From assembly GCA_001771185.1 (NCBI GenBank), contig METB01000001.1:5875-69874 (forward strand): 64,000 bases of DNA. The letters are read 5' to 3'. Shown here piece after piece: positions 21,422 to 30,133 of this stretch (position 1 is the first letter of the stretch; each line of letters opens with the position of its first letter). The stretch is from a candidate division Kazan bacterium RIFCSPHIGHO2_01_FULL_44_14. Its GTDB lineage: Bacteria > Patescibacteriota > Kazan-3B-28. Position numbers and translations under genes: made by a program. The notes beneath the pieces are model-generated. The model saw only the letters and a list, made by a program, of their open reading frames with translations, was not told the DNA's origin and did no database searches.

Positions 21422-22310
21422 AGATCCGGATGGGGATGCGTTGGGAAGTATGTTGGGACTATATGGCATTTTAAGTCATCAATTTGGAATGGGTGTGGGG
21501 CTATCTGCTAGTGGGGACATTCCCCAGGCCTACGCTTATTTACCGTACTTCTTTCGGTTGAGTGACGGATTTGATCCATTGAAGTTTGATACGGTGGTAA
21601 TTTTGGATTGTAGCGGTTGGATCAGGACCGGGTTTTTTGATAGCGACGAATTGAATATCGATTGGCCGGAACGGTTGGTAGTAATTGATCATCATGCGGT
21701 TCAGAGTTTAACGCCCGGATTACACCTAGTAGACAGCACGGCTTCTTCAACTTCGGAACTCATTTGGCGGTTGGCGAAGGAATGGAAGGTTCCTGTTACT
21801 AAGGAAGTGGCGACTTGTTTATTAACCGGTATCTCATTTGATACTGGTTCATTCCAGCACGACAATACCTCTTCGGCCACTTTTCAAGCGGCCGCCGGAT
21901 TAATGGAGGTGGGGGCGGGTTTAAACAAAATTGTCAGCGGAATTTATTTGGGTAAAAGTATTGCCCGGTTGAAGTTGTGGGGAAAAGTATTGCAACGATT
22001 AAAGTACGATTATAATCGTAAATTGAGTGTCTCGGTGGTGACCCAGCAGGATTTAAAAAATTGCGGAGCGAGTAGTGATGATATTGAAGGATTGGTCAAT
22101 TTAATGAATACGGTACCGGGGACTAAATTTACTTTGCTATTAACCGAAGAAAGGGATGGGCAACTGAAAGGAAGTTTTCGAACCGAAGATAATAGTGTGG
22201 ATGTAGCAAAGTTGGCTAAATATTTGGGTGGCGGAGGGCATAAAAAAGCCGCCGGGTTTTCTTTACAGGGGGAGATTGATATAGATGGGGATAATTGGAA
22301 AGTAATTTGA
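21351..22310 (+). CDS. nrnA: DHH/DHHA1 oligoribonuclease/PAP phosphatase NrnA
   Basis: HKDPDGDALGS, IDHH, DTGSF, GGGGHKKAAG. Confidence 0.92.
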   Translation: MEQLANQILKTLQGAKRILLVSHKDPDGDALGSMLGLYGILSHQFGMGVGLSASGDIPQAYAYLPYFFRLSDGFDPLKFDTVVILDCSGWIRTGFFDSDELNIDWPERLVVIDHHAVQSLTPGLHLVDSTASSTSELIWRLAKEWKVPVTKEVATCLLTGISFDTGSFQHDNTSSATFQAAAGLMEVGAGLNKIVSGIYLGKSIARLKLWGKVLQRLKYDYNRKLSVSVVTQQDLKNCGASSDDIEGLVNLMNTVPGTKFTLLLTEERDGQLKGSFRTEDNSVDVAKLAKYLGGGGHKKAAGFSLQGEIDIDGDNWKVI

Positions 22311-22440
22311 TTATTGATGCCCCGAAGAACTGCTTGCCCATCGAAGCCCTGGCGTAGTTGGGAGGGGATACAGTTTTTCTTGTCATTGCGAGTTTACCTA
22401 CCGGAGGTTGGCCGTAGGCGTGGCAATCTATCTTTCTTTA

Positions 22441-22777
22441 TGTCATTCTGAATTTTCTGCCAACTGGCGGATCAGAATCTATTTAATTTCTTTCTGCCAC
22501 CATTTTACTCACCCAATATGCTTTTGCAACGCCACATTGCGTTGCATCAATGCCCGCTTTGTCTTGTCAAAGCTGGGTAAACCGCTGACCAACGTTCTCG
22601 GGTTTATTCATTGGCTAAATCCTCTTTCTGCTTTCCGCCTACTGGCGGAGGGGCAAACTCCTCCCTTTAGTCGTTAAACATACGGCCCTGTCTGCCGATA
22701 GGCAGGTCCACCCACCGAGATTTAGTTCAGTTCAGCCTGCCTGCCGGTAGGCAGGAATAACCCTCGTCCTAGGGCCA
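22441..22777. repeat. Composite non-coding element, homologous to 46121-46372
   Basis: Shares gccaactggcggatcagaatctatttaatttc, cccgctttg.cttgtcaaagc and tattcattggctaaat in the same order. Confidence 0.7.
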
Positions 22778-22845
22778 ATTATAAACGAATCTCTATACTA
22801 GACACTTTTGCCTTGCTCGATGTTATCTGGTTTACTGAATATGTT

Positions 22846-23286
22846 ATGACACAAGACCACGAAGTATCTCTATGGACAGTAGAGGCGGCACAAATTGCTG
22901 CAAAAAATGGCCAACTCCGTCAATGGGTTATTGATTTTCTCGATAGCCCGGCGGGAAAAAACTCTAAGTTTGCTGAAGACCTTCGTAAAAATCCTAGTTG
23001 GGTTTTTGACGCTCCAATTAAATTTCCACTTCAAGAGCTTACTCCTATTAGTGGACAGCCAGAAGATAATCGCCTATTTCACGATTCGCATTGGGACGAT
23101 AATGTATCAGCTATGGTTGAGGCCATTGCTAGTGGTTGGTGTCCTCCTCCACTGATTGTGACGAGTAATCTAGGTATTCCCAATGGCATCTCTGATGGTA
23201 ATCATCGTTGGTCAGCCCTGCGAGAAACTGGTCATACCGAGTATTGGACTATCTTCTACTATCCAAATCCATCCAAGCCATCCTAA
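22846..23286 (+). CDS. ParB/Srx-like domain protein
   Basis: WCPPPLIV..ISDGNHRWSAL motif; ATG at 22846 chosen as start. Confidence 0.7.
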   Translation: MTQDHEVSLWTVEAAQIAAKNGQLRQWVIDFLDSPAGKNSKFAEDLRKNPSWVFDAPIKFPLQELTPISGQPEDNRLFHDSHWDDNVSAMVEAIASGWCPPPLIVTSNLGIPNGISDGNHRWSALRETGHTEYWTIFYYPNPSKPS

Positions 23287-23354
23287 TTTGCTCGATGGGT
23301 TCTACTAAGATATTCCCTGAGCGGAGTCGAAGGGGTACCATAACTTTTCACTAT

Positions 23355-23589
23355 TCACTTTTAACTTTTAACTGTCCCCATATCTGATAATCAGCTCCCA
23401 GAGCCACTTTCTGCTTGACAGGATTCTGGTTCAGGAGTATACTCAGGGGGAATTATTGGTCGTTGAAAACTTGACGAAAAGCGCGACGTGACAGACCTGA
23501 TGGTCGGTCGCGAAAAGATACGTTGTTCTGGTAAGCACCTCTTCCTGGTCACTAAGAGGTGCATTGTTCTGAGATCCTAGGAGAGAGAA
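23355..23589 (+). promoter_or_regulatory. Duplicated promoter plus structured leader module, copy 1
   Basis: 23355-23445 matches 37604-37694 at 90/91 bp; TTGACA-17-TATACT; GACC-TGAT-GGTC hairpin. Confidence 0.85.
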
Positions 23590-23784
23590 ATGAAAAGATT
23601 TTGGAGTGTTATTATTGCGATTGTTGCTTATACGACGCTATTCGGTTACTGGTTGGGAATTGTCTACTTGGGTGGATTTTCCCATAATCTTATCCTGGCG
23701 AGTGTCATTGCGATGATCGTAACGATAGTTCATTTTGGCATTCTGTGGATGGCCTGTCGTAGTCCTCGTAACAAATCCATTTAA
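23590..23784 (+). CDS. Small 2-TM membrane protein
   Basis: SD AGGAG; two hydrophobic segments; downstream of a consensus promoter. Confidence 0.65.
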   Translation: MKRFWSVIIAIVAYTTLFGYWLGIVYLGGFSHNLILASVIAMIVTIVHFGILWMACRSPRNKSI

Positions 23785-24015
23785 TAGGATTGATTCCGAC
23801 TCTCTGGAGGAGGGGTCGACACATGCTCTAACTGCACTTTTAAAATCGCGGTTGAGGCGTGCCCATTGCCTCGGAGCCGAAAGGTAAAAATGGGAGTGAT
23901 GGGCCGACCATGGTATGAACTGGCGACACGAAAAATTAAAGTAAAGTTCCAAATTATGTGTCTTGACGGATTAGCTCATTTTCAAACTCGCGCTATCTGC
24001 CGAGCATTGTTCATT

Positions 24016-24044
24016 AAAAGGGCGCCTGTAAGGGCGCCCTTTCT
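24016..24044. terminator. Intrinsic terminator
   Basis: aaaagggcgcc-tgtaag-ggcgccctttct. Confidence 0.75.
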
Positions 24045-24222
24045 CATACTCAAATTTTATATAAATGTCATCCTCGGGGCCACTCTTGGTGGAGCCCGGG
24101 GATCCAGAACAGAAAAAGGTAGTCCCTCCGTTCGTCGGGAAAACAAATATTCAATATCTTAAAAAAGCGGATATTATCCGCTACCAACATTTTTAATTTT
24201 TCATTTGGAATTTTTAATTGGG

Positions 24223-24903
24223 TTATCCCAATAGCCCCTGCAATGCCTGTTCCGCAGCATGCATTTCGGCTTCACGCTTACTGCTACCGCTTCCGGTAGC
24301 AATTTTTTTGTCTCCAACAAAGAGCCCTACCGTAAATGTCCGATTGTGGTCGGGGCCGGTGGCTTTTTCTAATTTATAATGCGGAGTCGTCCCATCTTGC
24401 TCTTGAACGATTTCTTGGAACCGACTCTTGGCATCAATGTGCTCTGCAGTTTTGATAATGTCGGTCAATCGAGGAAGGAGGAATTTGCCTAAGAATTTTT
24501 CGACAGCGGGCAGACCCTGGTCGAGGAACAGGGCGCCAATAAAGGCCTCGGAAGCGTTACTTAAAATCATGGCTTTGGCTTTATCGGCGTTGCCGGATTC
24601 GCCTTTGCTTAGACGCATATATTTTTCAAATTGTAATTCCTTGCCGATCTCGCTTAAAGTATTTCGGCGAACCAGGGCCGCGCGAAGGTTAGTTAATTCG
24701 CCTTCGGGTTTGTCGGGAAATTGCTCATATAAAAATTGAGTAACGATTAGTTCCACGACAGCATCACCCAGAAACTCTAACCGTTCATTGTGGCCAGTTA
24801 CTTCCGAGTGCTCGTTCAAATATGATCGATGAGTAAAGGCCTGCTCATAGATGGCAGTATTGACCAGCGAAATTCCAATAATTTTAGACAGTTCATCAAA
24901 CAT
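24223..24903 (-). CDS. rnc: Ribonuclease III
   Basis: HNERLEFLGDAV signature and a dsRBD; start MFDELS overlaps the nusB stop. Confidence 0.96.
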   Translation of the reverse strand: MFDELSKIIGISLVNTAIYEQAFTHRSYLNEHSEVTGHNERLEFLGDAVVELIVTQFLYEQFPDKPEGELTNLRAALVRRNTLSEIGKELQFEKYMRLSKGESGNADKAKAMILSNASEAFIGALFLDQGLPAVEKFLGKFLLPRLTDIIKTAEHIDAKSRFQEIVQEQDGTTPHYKLEKATGPDHNRTFTVGLFVGDKKIATGSGSSKREAEMHAAEQALQGLLG

Positions 24904-25345
24904 CGTGTTTTGGTTTCTCGTCCTCCGGTTTATATTTGGCAGAAGTCCGGAAGACAGTGCCCAGAACGCCATTTACAAACTTGCTGGAATTTTCGCCCCC
25001 AAAGGCCTTGGCCAATTCAACTGCTTCGTTAATGGCGGCCTTGGGCGGAACTTCATCATCAAATAATAGTTCAAAAATCGCTAACCGAAGAATACCTAGA
25101 TCGACTTGAGCAATTTGGGGAATTGGCCATTCTGGAGCGGAGGCGGTGATGATGGCATCAATTTCTTCCATATGCTGTTCCAGGCCGACAACGGCTTTGT
25201 GAATGAATTTTAAATTATTGTCCTCAAACTCGTGCTTCTCAAGGTGGCGGGCAATAATTTTTGACAAAACTTCACCCTCGCGTTGTTGCCATTCGTACAA
25301 TGCTTGCATCATGAGAATGCGGGCGAAATGTCGGTTTGAAGCCAT
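24896..25345 (-). CDS. nusB: Transcription antitermination factor NusB
   Basis: MQALYEW, ILRLAIFEL, AINEAVELAK.FG..SSKFVNGVLG. Confidence 0.96.
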   Translation of the reverse strand: MASNRHFARILMMQALYEWQQREGEVLSKIIARHLEKHEFEDNNLKFIHKAVVGLEQHMEEIDAIITASAPEWPIPQIAQVDLGILRLAIFELLFDDEVPPKAAINEAVELAKAFGGENSSKFVNGVLGTVFRTSAKYKPEDEKPKHDV

Positions 25346-25397
25346 AAAAAGTTAATTACCAATCACCAAATTCCAAATAACAAATGCAATCACTAAA

Positions 25398-25730
25398 CTA
25401 TTCTTGGTCGGTGTGGAATTCTGCTCCGGTATTTTTTGGAGTGTTGATGGTCTTGTGAGTAGTTTTTGGTTTAGCCGTTTTCTTAATCCGAGACGGCTTG
25501 GAAGTTATTCTGGACTTAGTTTTTTCTAATGTCTTAGCAACTTTACTTTCGAGTTTAGTCGAGATGACTTTGGCTCGGCCATAATAACCGCATTCTGGAC
25601 AAGCCCGGTGCGGTAACTTGGATGCTTTGCATTTAGCACACAGCGTTAATTTCGGTAAGGCACCATGCCAGTGGGCTCGGCGGGTCTTGCCTCTGACTTT
25701 ACTAATTTTCTTTTTTGGTTGGGCTGACAT
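25398..25730 (-). CDS. rpmF: 50S ribosomal protein L32 with a basic C-terminal extension
   Basis: QPKKKISK..RRAH..CxxC..PHRACxxCGYY. Confidence 0.92.
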   Translation of the reverse strand: MSAQPKKKISKVRGKTRRAHWHGALPKLTLCAKCKASKLPHRACPECGYYGRAKVISTKLESKVAKTLEKTKSRITSKPSRIKKTAKPKTTHKTINTPKNTGAEFHTDQE

Positions 25731-25819
25731 AAAATAAATTCCAAATTACAAATGACAAATTACAAATGGGGAGAGCAATTTAGGCGGGGAACATTTTGGG
25801 AATCCCTTTTATTATTTAG

Positions 25820-26239
25820 TTAAGCGTCGATTAGGTTGAGATTTTCACCAGTGGTTGAATCTAGTCCTTTGCAATCCGGTTTACAAACGGCTTGTAGAGG
25901 TAAGCTGATGGTTACTTCCTGAATAATGGCTGGATCGGTATCAATTTCGCCGTTATCGACTGCCAGAACCTCGGGATCGTCAGACGGAACTAGCGAATAT
26001 TCGCGATCGAAACTTAGTGGCAGTTGCTCGCGGAACGATTCTAGACATTTGTCGCAATTGAGGTTTAATCCAGCAGTAATGTCGAATTTGGCCAGAATGG
26101 ACTGGTCAAGATGGGTCAACAATACCTTGCCTTGAATCTGGGCGGAGTTGCGATCGGGGATAGTCACTTCATTGTCCAGCTCGTGCTCGGCCGTAGCACC
26201 TGTTTCTTTAGTTATCAGTTTGCTTACGTTAATCTTCAT
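25820..26239 (-). CDS. YceD/DUF177 family protein
   Basis: CDKCL and CKPDCKGL motifs; upstream of rpmF. Confidence 0.88.
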   Translation of the reverse strand: MKINVSKLITKETGATAEHELDNEVTIPDRNSAQIQGKVLLTHLDQSILAKFDITAGLNLNCDKCLESFREQLPLSFDREYSLVPSDDPEVLAVDNGEIDTDPAIIQEVTISLPLQAVCKPDCKGLDSTTGENLNLIDA

Positions 26240-26350
26240 TGTGTACAGGAGGTATTATAAGAGAGAAAAGTGGGTCTGGCAACCCTCATTCTTGACAGTT
26301 TACGGCTGGACGGATAAAATCCCTATGTATATCAGATAAGCCGAAATACT

Positions 26351-26905
26351 TTGTTAGTACTCCGATTGGCTCGTACTGGACGCCGGAATCAACCGAAATA
26401 TCGTCTAGTAGTGGCCGAAAACAGCAAGCCGATTGACGGGAAAGTGGTTGAAGTGGTGGGGCACTACAATCCAACCGATTTAAATAAACCTCTAGTGTTG
26501 GATAAGGAGGTGATTTCTGCGTGGATTACCAAAGGAGCCAAACCGTCAAATACAGTGGCTAAACTTTTAAATAAAGAAGGTTTTGATTTGCCGGTTCATT
26601 TACATCCGGTGCGTCCGGCTAAAAAGGCATCCAAAGAACCCTCTGTTACCAAGGTCATGGAGGACGGGACGGAATCGGCTCCGGTTGTGAGACCAGCCGA
26701 ACCCGCAAATGAAGAAATGGTAGCGGAAATTGCTCCGGTTGAAGAAACTCCAGTTGAAGTTGTAGCGGAAAAATCAACTTCAGAACCAGTTGCTGAAACG
26801 GAACCGGTGACAGAAGTTACCCTGGCCGACCAGCCAGAGGCGCAGTCCTCCGAAGTTTCAACGCAGGAGGAAGAGAAGCTGGAAGATGAAGGGAATGCTA
26901 GTTAA
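26351..26905 (+). CDS. rpsP: 30S ribosomal protein S16 with an acidic extension
   Basis: MLVLRLARTGRRNQPKYRLVVAE..GHYNP..GAKPSNTV; promoter TTGACA-17-TAAAAT at 26292-26320. Confidence 0.95.
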   Translation: MLVLRLARTGRRNQPKYRLVVAENSKPIDGKVVEVVGHYNPTDLNKPLVLDKEVISAWITKGAKPSNTVAKLLNKEGFDLPVHLHPVRPAKKASKEPSVTKVMEDGTESAPVVRPAEPANEEMVAEIAPVEETPVEVVAEKSTSEPVAETEPVTEVTLADQPEAQSSEVSTQEEEKLEDEGNAS

Positions 26906-26947
26906 ATTCGTTTATATTTATATCGTTAACTGTTCGGAAGGAGTGAT

Positions 26948-27319
26948 ATGGCAGAAAAAGATCAGGAATTCGTGGAATATGCGGTGCGGGCAATTGTAGA
27001 AAACCCCGACAAAGTTAAGGTCGAACGAACTATTGATGAACGGGGCGTATTGTTGTCATTGGAAGTCGATCCAGCGGACATGGGCAAAATTATCGGCAAA
27101 GATGGTCGGACGGCAAAAGCCATTCGGACATTGCTTCGAGTGTTGGGTGCCCAGAACGATGCCCGAGTGAACTTAAAGATTATTGAGCCAGAAGGCGGTC
27201 TTGGCCGGGCTTCTGAACGGGCAGAACAGCCAGTTGAACCAGTGGCTGAACCAGTAGCCGTAGTCGATGTGCCCGAGACCACTTCCAAAGAAGACCTTGG
27301 TGTGCTGGACGAAGAATAA
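26948..27319 (+). CDS. khpA: KH-domain RNA-binding protein KhpA
   Basis: DMGKIIGKDGRTAKAIRTLL; follows rpsP; terminator at 27347-27369. Confidence 0.92.
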   Translation: MAEKDQEFVEYAVRAIVENPDKVKVERTIDERGVLLSLEVDPADMGKIIGKDGRTAKAIRTLLRVLGAQNDARVNLKIIEPEGGLGRASERAEQPVEPVAEPVAVVDVPETTSKEDLGVLDEE

Positions 27320-27437
27320 TTCTTCTGGAACTTTACGATTCAAATAGAAAGAGCCCACTCGGGCTCTTTCCTGGACCTTGTTTATATGACAACCAGGTAT
27401 CGTTTCTGTGGTAATAAGTTAGGAGAAGAATAGGGCT

Positions 27438-27477
27438 CTTGCCCACTCTGACGACGGCCGTCGTCAGAATGGGCAAG
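27438..27477. repeat. 40-bp CGGCCG-centred palindrome (left flank of the PaaX-like gene)
   Basis: cttgcccactctgacgacggccgtcgtcagaatgggcaag, one mismatch. Confidence 0.9.
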
Positions 27478-27500
27478 TTAATTACTGATATAATGATAAT

Positions 27501-28001
27501 ATGAGGACTTCAGGTGGAGCATATCGTTGGCTGATGAGGTTGATGTACGCGACGGATCCTAGATGGGAAGTGAAGGTGGACCGATCGCTCGATCACCGAT
27601 TCGGTAGTCGCCAACCAATTCGATCGCTACGAAGTTTCAGATATCTATGCTCAAAGGGGTACTTAACTCATCTGGAAGGAGATAGATATCAACTAACCGA
27701 TTTAGCGCGGATTAATCTCTTGCAGGAAATGGTTAAGCGGCGTAAGCCGGACGGCAAGTGGCGTGTGGTGGTATTCGACATCCCGGAAAAATTAAGACAA
27801 AATCGCAATGTCTTTCGGCACCATTTGATCAATTTGGGATTTAGGATGAAACAACAGAGTGTGTGGGTATCGCCTCTACCGTGTGAGGATTTGGTGGCAT
27901 TAGTGGTGAAGTACCACGGTTTAGGACAGTTTGTGGAGTTAATAGTAGGAAAAGATGTGCCCCTTAGGACGACGGCCGTCGTCAGAGTGGGCAGGGAATA
28001 G
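27501..28001 (+). CDS. Stand-alone PaaX-like protein (wHTH + Cas2-like ferredoxin domain)
   Basis: KGYL..YQLT..DGKWRVVVFDIPEK.R..R..L.NLGF..QQSVWVSP. Confidence 0.85.
   Translation: MRTSGGAYRWLMRLMYATDPRWEVKVDRSLDHRFGSRQPIRSLRSFRYLCSKGYLTHLEGDRYQLTDLARINLLQEMVKRRKPDGKWRVVVFDIPEKLRQNRNVFRHHLINLGFRMKQQSVWVSPLPCEDLVALVVKYHGLGQFVELIVGKDVPLRTTAVVRVGRE
27968..27993. repeat. Right inverted repeat of the PaaX-like unit
   Basis: gacgacggccgtcgtcagagtgggca is the reverse complement of 27440-27465. Confidence 0.9.
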
Positions 28002-28032
28002 TACGGAAAAGGTGGTGTAAGATGAGAGCAAG

Positions 28033-28761
28033 ATGAAATATACGGTTATTACAATTTTTCCGCAGTTAATTGAAGATTATTTCCAGGAAGGGATTTTGTC
28101 TCGAGCTTTGCGGAACAAGCAGGTGGGATTGAAAACGATTAATCCGCGGAAATTTACCAAAGACCGACACCAAACGGTGGATGATATACCGTATGGCGGG
28201 GGAGCGGGACTCGTTATGAAGATTGAGCCGTTAGTAAAAGCGATTAAATCTGCAGCTAGGTCTCGTTTTCGTCATTCCGAACTTGTTTCGGAATCTAGTT
28301 CTAAAACGGAGAAGATCCTGAAACAAGTTCAGGATGACGGGAAAAAAGTAAGAATTATTTTGCTCGACCCAAGAGGCAAAAGATTTACGCAGAAAGAGGC
28401 GAAACGGTTAACGAAATATGATGAGTTGATTTTTGTGTGTGGAAGGTATGAGGGGGTGGATGAAAGAATTAAATATTACATCGACGAGAAGTTGTCGATC
28501 GGGGATTTTGTGCTAATGGGCGGGGAGTTGGGGGCGCTGACCATAATGGAATCCGTGGCGCGGTTAATCCCGGGGGTTCTGCACCATCCCGAGTCGGCAA
28601 AGTTTGAGAGTTTTTCTTTTGGGGATAATTTGGAACACCCGCAATACACTCGGCCGGAGGTATTCGAGGGGCATAAGGTGCCGAAAGTACTCTTGTCGGG
28701 ACATCATGGGAAGGTGGAGGAGTGGCGAGTAAAAAATGGTAAGAATAAGAGAGGAATCTAA
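28033..28761 (+). CDS. trmD: tRNA (guanine-N1)-methyltransferase with an in-frame repeat insertion
   Basis: VDDIPYGGGAG, CGRYEGVDER, SIGDFVLMGGE, PQYTRP. Confidence 0.97.
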   Translation: MKYTVITIFPQLIEDYFQEGILSRALRNKQVGLKTINPRKFTKDRHQTVDDIPYGGGAGLVMKIEPLVKAIKSAARSRFRHSELVSESSSKTEKILKQVQDDGKKVRIILLDPRGKRFTQKEAKRLTKYDELIFVCGRYEGVDERIKYYIDEKLSIGDFVLMGGELGALTIMESVARLIPGVLHHPESAKFESFSFGDNLEHPQYTRPEVFEGHKVPKVLLSGHHGKVEEWRVKNGKNKRGI

Positions 28762-29009
28762 TCAATCTCACCAATCTGAACAATCTGTACCAATCTTTTG
28801 GTTAGATCCCTCGGCTTCGCTCGGGATGACAGAAAATTGGATAAATTGGTTAGATTCGCCCAGCAGGGCTAAAAGCTTGACTGGGGGCGATGATTCAGAT
28901 AGGGTGAGGGCGTTAGGTGGGCCTGTGATTTTCAGGGATATCAAACCACCAGCACCTTAACGACTAGGCAAAAATAGTTAGCCGGAAAGGTGAGTAAAAG
29001 GAGACTAAG

Positions 29010-29738
29010 ATGAGTGAAGGAAAACTCTTAGCCGCCTGTAGGAAGATAGAGAACATCTTACATGAGCTTAGGAAACAAGAGTGTGATTCAGAGGGACATG
29101 AGGGACATGGCCAAAGAGCTGCCGAGTTTCTGAAGCAAATCAGATCACTCGATGACGAGCGTGCTCTCGGCAGGTTTCTCCAGCGTGGGAAACACCTTTT
29201 AGAGTTGATGGTAAGGGAACGGATACCTTCTGTGGAGGAATTTCGGAACCTTCTTGACGACTCTTGTCCTCAAATTATTAATTGTGATGCGAAACCAATA
29301 GTCCCGAGTGGACTAAAAATATGGGAGCACACAAAGCAAGGGATGGTGGAGTGGCGTCCGGAGAGATTTCAGTTTTATCGCTCTCCTTTGCAGGAGGGTT
29401 GTTGGCAACTCGGAAAAGGTTGTTCTGGCTCGGTTCTCCTTCAAGAGCTACGGGATAAAAACAAGCAGGTGTGCAACGCCTGTTTGGCAGATTGGTTACT
29501 CGGCAATCCTCGGTTTGTGTTGGGCGATAAGTGGCGTGAAGGTCACTGTAGCCTAGTTAGGGTAATTTTCTGGGGGACAATATTCTCTGAAGTGAGCGGT
29601 AAAAAACGCTATGTCAAACATCTGAGCTTTGGTGGGCCGTTTGGGCTACACACGGGTGTAATTGAACTTGACCAAGTTCGTTTCACCGGTGGAACTAATT
29701 TCGACCAGGACTCTCCTGCATTGATTATGGTTGGTTAG
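29010..29738 (+). CDS. Hypothetical protein (CPR-type family), cassette cargo
   Basis: AGGAG SD; IINCDAKP..NACLADWLL.NP..IFWGTIF; terminator at 29753-29781. Confidence 0.75.
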   Translation: MSEGKLLAACRKIENILHELRKQECDSEGHEGHGQRAAEFLKQIRSLDDERALGRFLQRGKHLLELMVRERIPSVEEFRNLLDDSCPQIINCDAKPIVPSGLKIWEHTKQGMVEWRPERFQFYRSPLQEGCWQLGKGCSGSVLLQELRDKNKQVCNACLADWLLGNPRFVLGDKWREGHCSLVRVIFWGTIFSEVSGKKRYVKHLSFGGPFGLHTGVIELDQVRFTGGTNFDQDSPALIMVG

Positions 29739-29819
29739 TTAAGTGTTATCCAAGGGCGGGTCTTCGGACCCGCCCTTTTTTCGTGCCAAAAGGGGATGGG
29801 GTACACTAGAAGAGACGGG

Positions 29820-30064
29820 GAGAGCGCTACGCTAGATCCTTCGGCTTGCTTTGCTCGCTCAGGATGACAGAAGGAGGAGATAAGAATGACGAAAATGGAT
29901 CCTGAAACCCCTCGATAAACTCGGGATACTGTAAATTCAGGATGATGAGAGAGCGCTATGCTAGATTCTTCGCTACGCTCAGAGTGACAAAAGAGGGGCG
30001 GGAATGACGAGGATGGATCCTGAAACCCCTCGATAAACTCGGGATACTGTAAATTCAGGATGAC
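29820..30064. repeat. A-B-A-B tandem array of ATGAC-ended palindromic half-elements
   Basis: atggatcctgaaacccctcgataaactcgggatactgtaaattcaggatga occurs twice, alternating with gagagcgcta.gctagat..ctcag..tgaca. Confidence 0.85.
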
Positions 30065-30133
30065 GGGGGAAGATGGCTCCTTTCCTCGGCAAGCTCGGAA
30101 CCTTGCTTATCCTCGGAGTATTAAATTAATAAA

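Noticed and set aside
23495-23516. Hammerhead ribozyme (CTGATG...GAAA)
   Set aside because: The core reads CTGATGG rather than CTGATGA, TGAT is the loop of a GACC/GGTC hairpin, and GAAA is not kept in copy 2
24904-24972. N-terminal extension of rnc
   Set aside because: Lies inside nusB; the ATG at 24903 gives the usual length and coupling
27501-28001. True CRISPR cas2 gene
   Set aside because: Has an N-terminal wHTH-like region and no array or other cas genes; fits the PaaX-like family
29820-30064. Tandem repeats as a CRISPR array
   Set aside because: Only two ~50-bp copies; the intervening sequences are themselves repeats of the ATGAC family; no cas1 or effector genes
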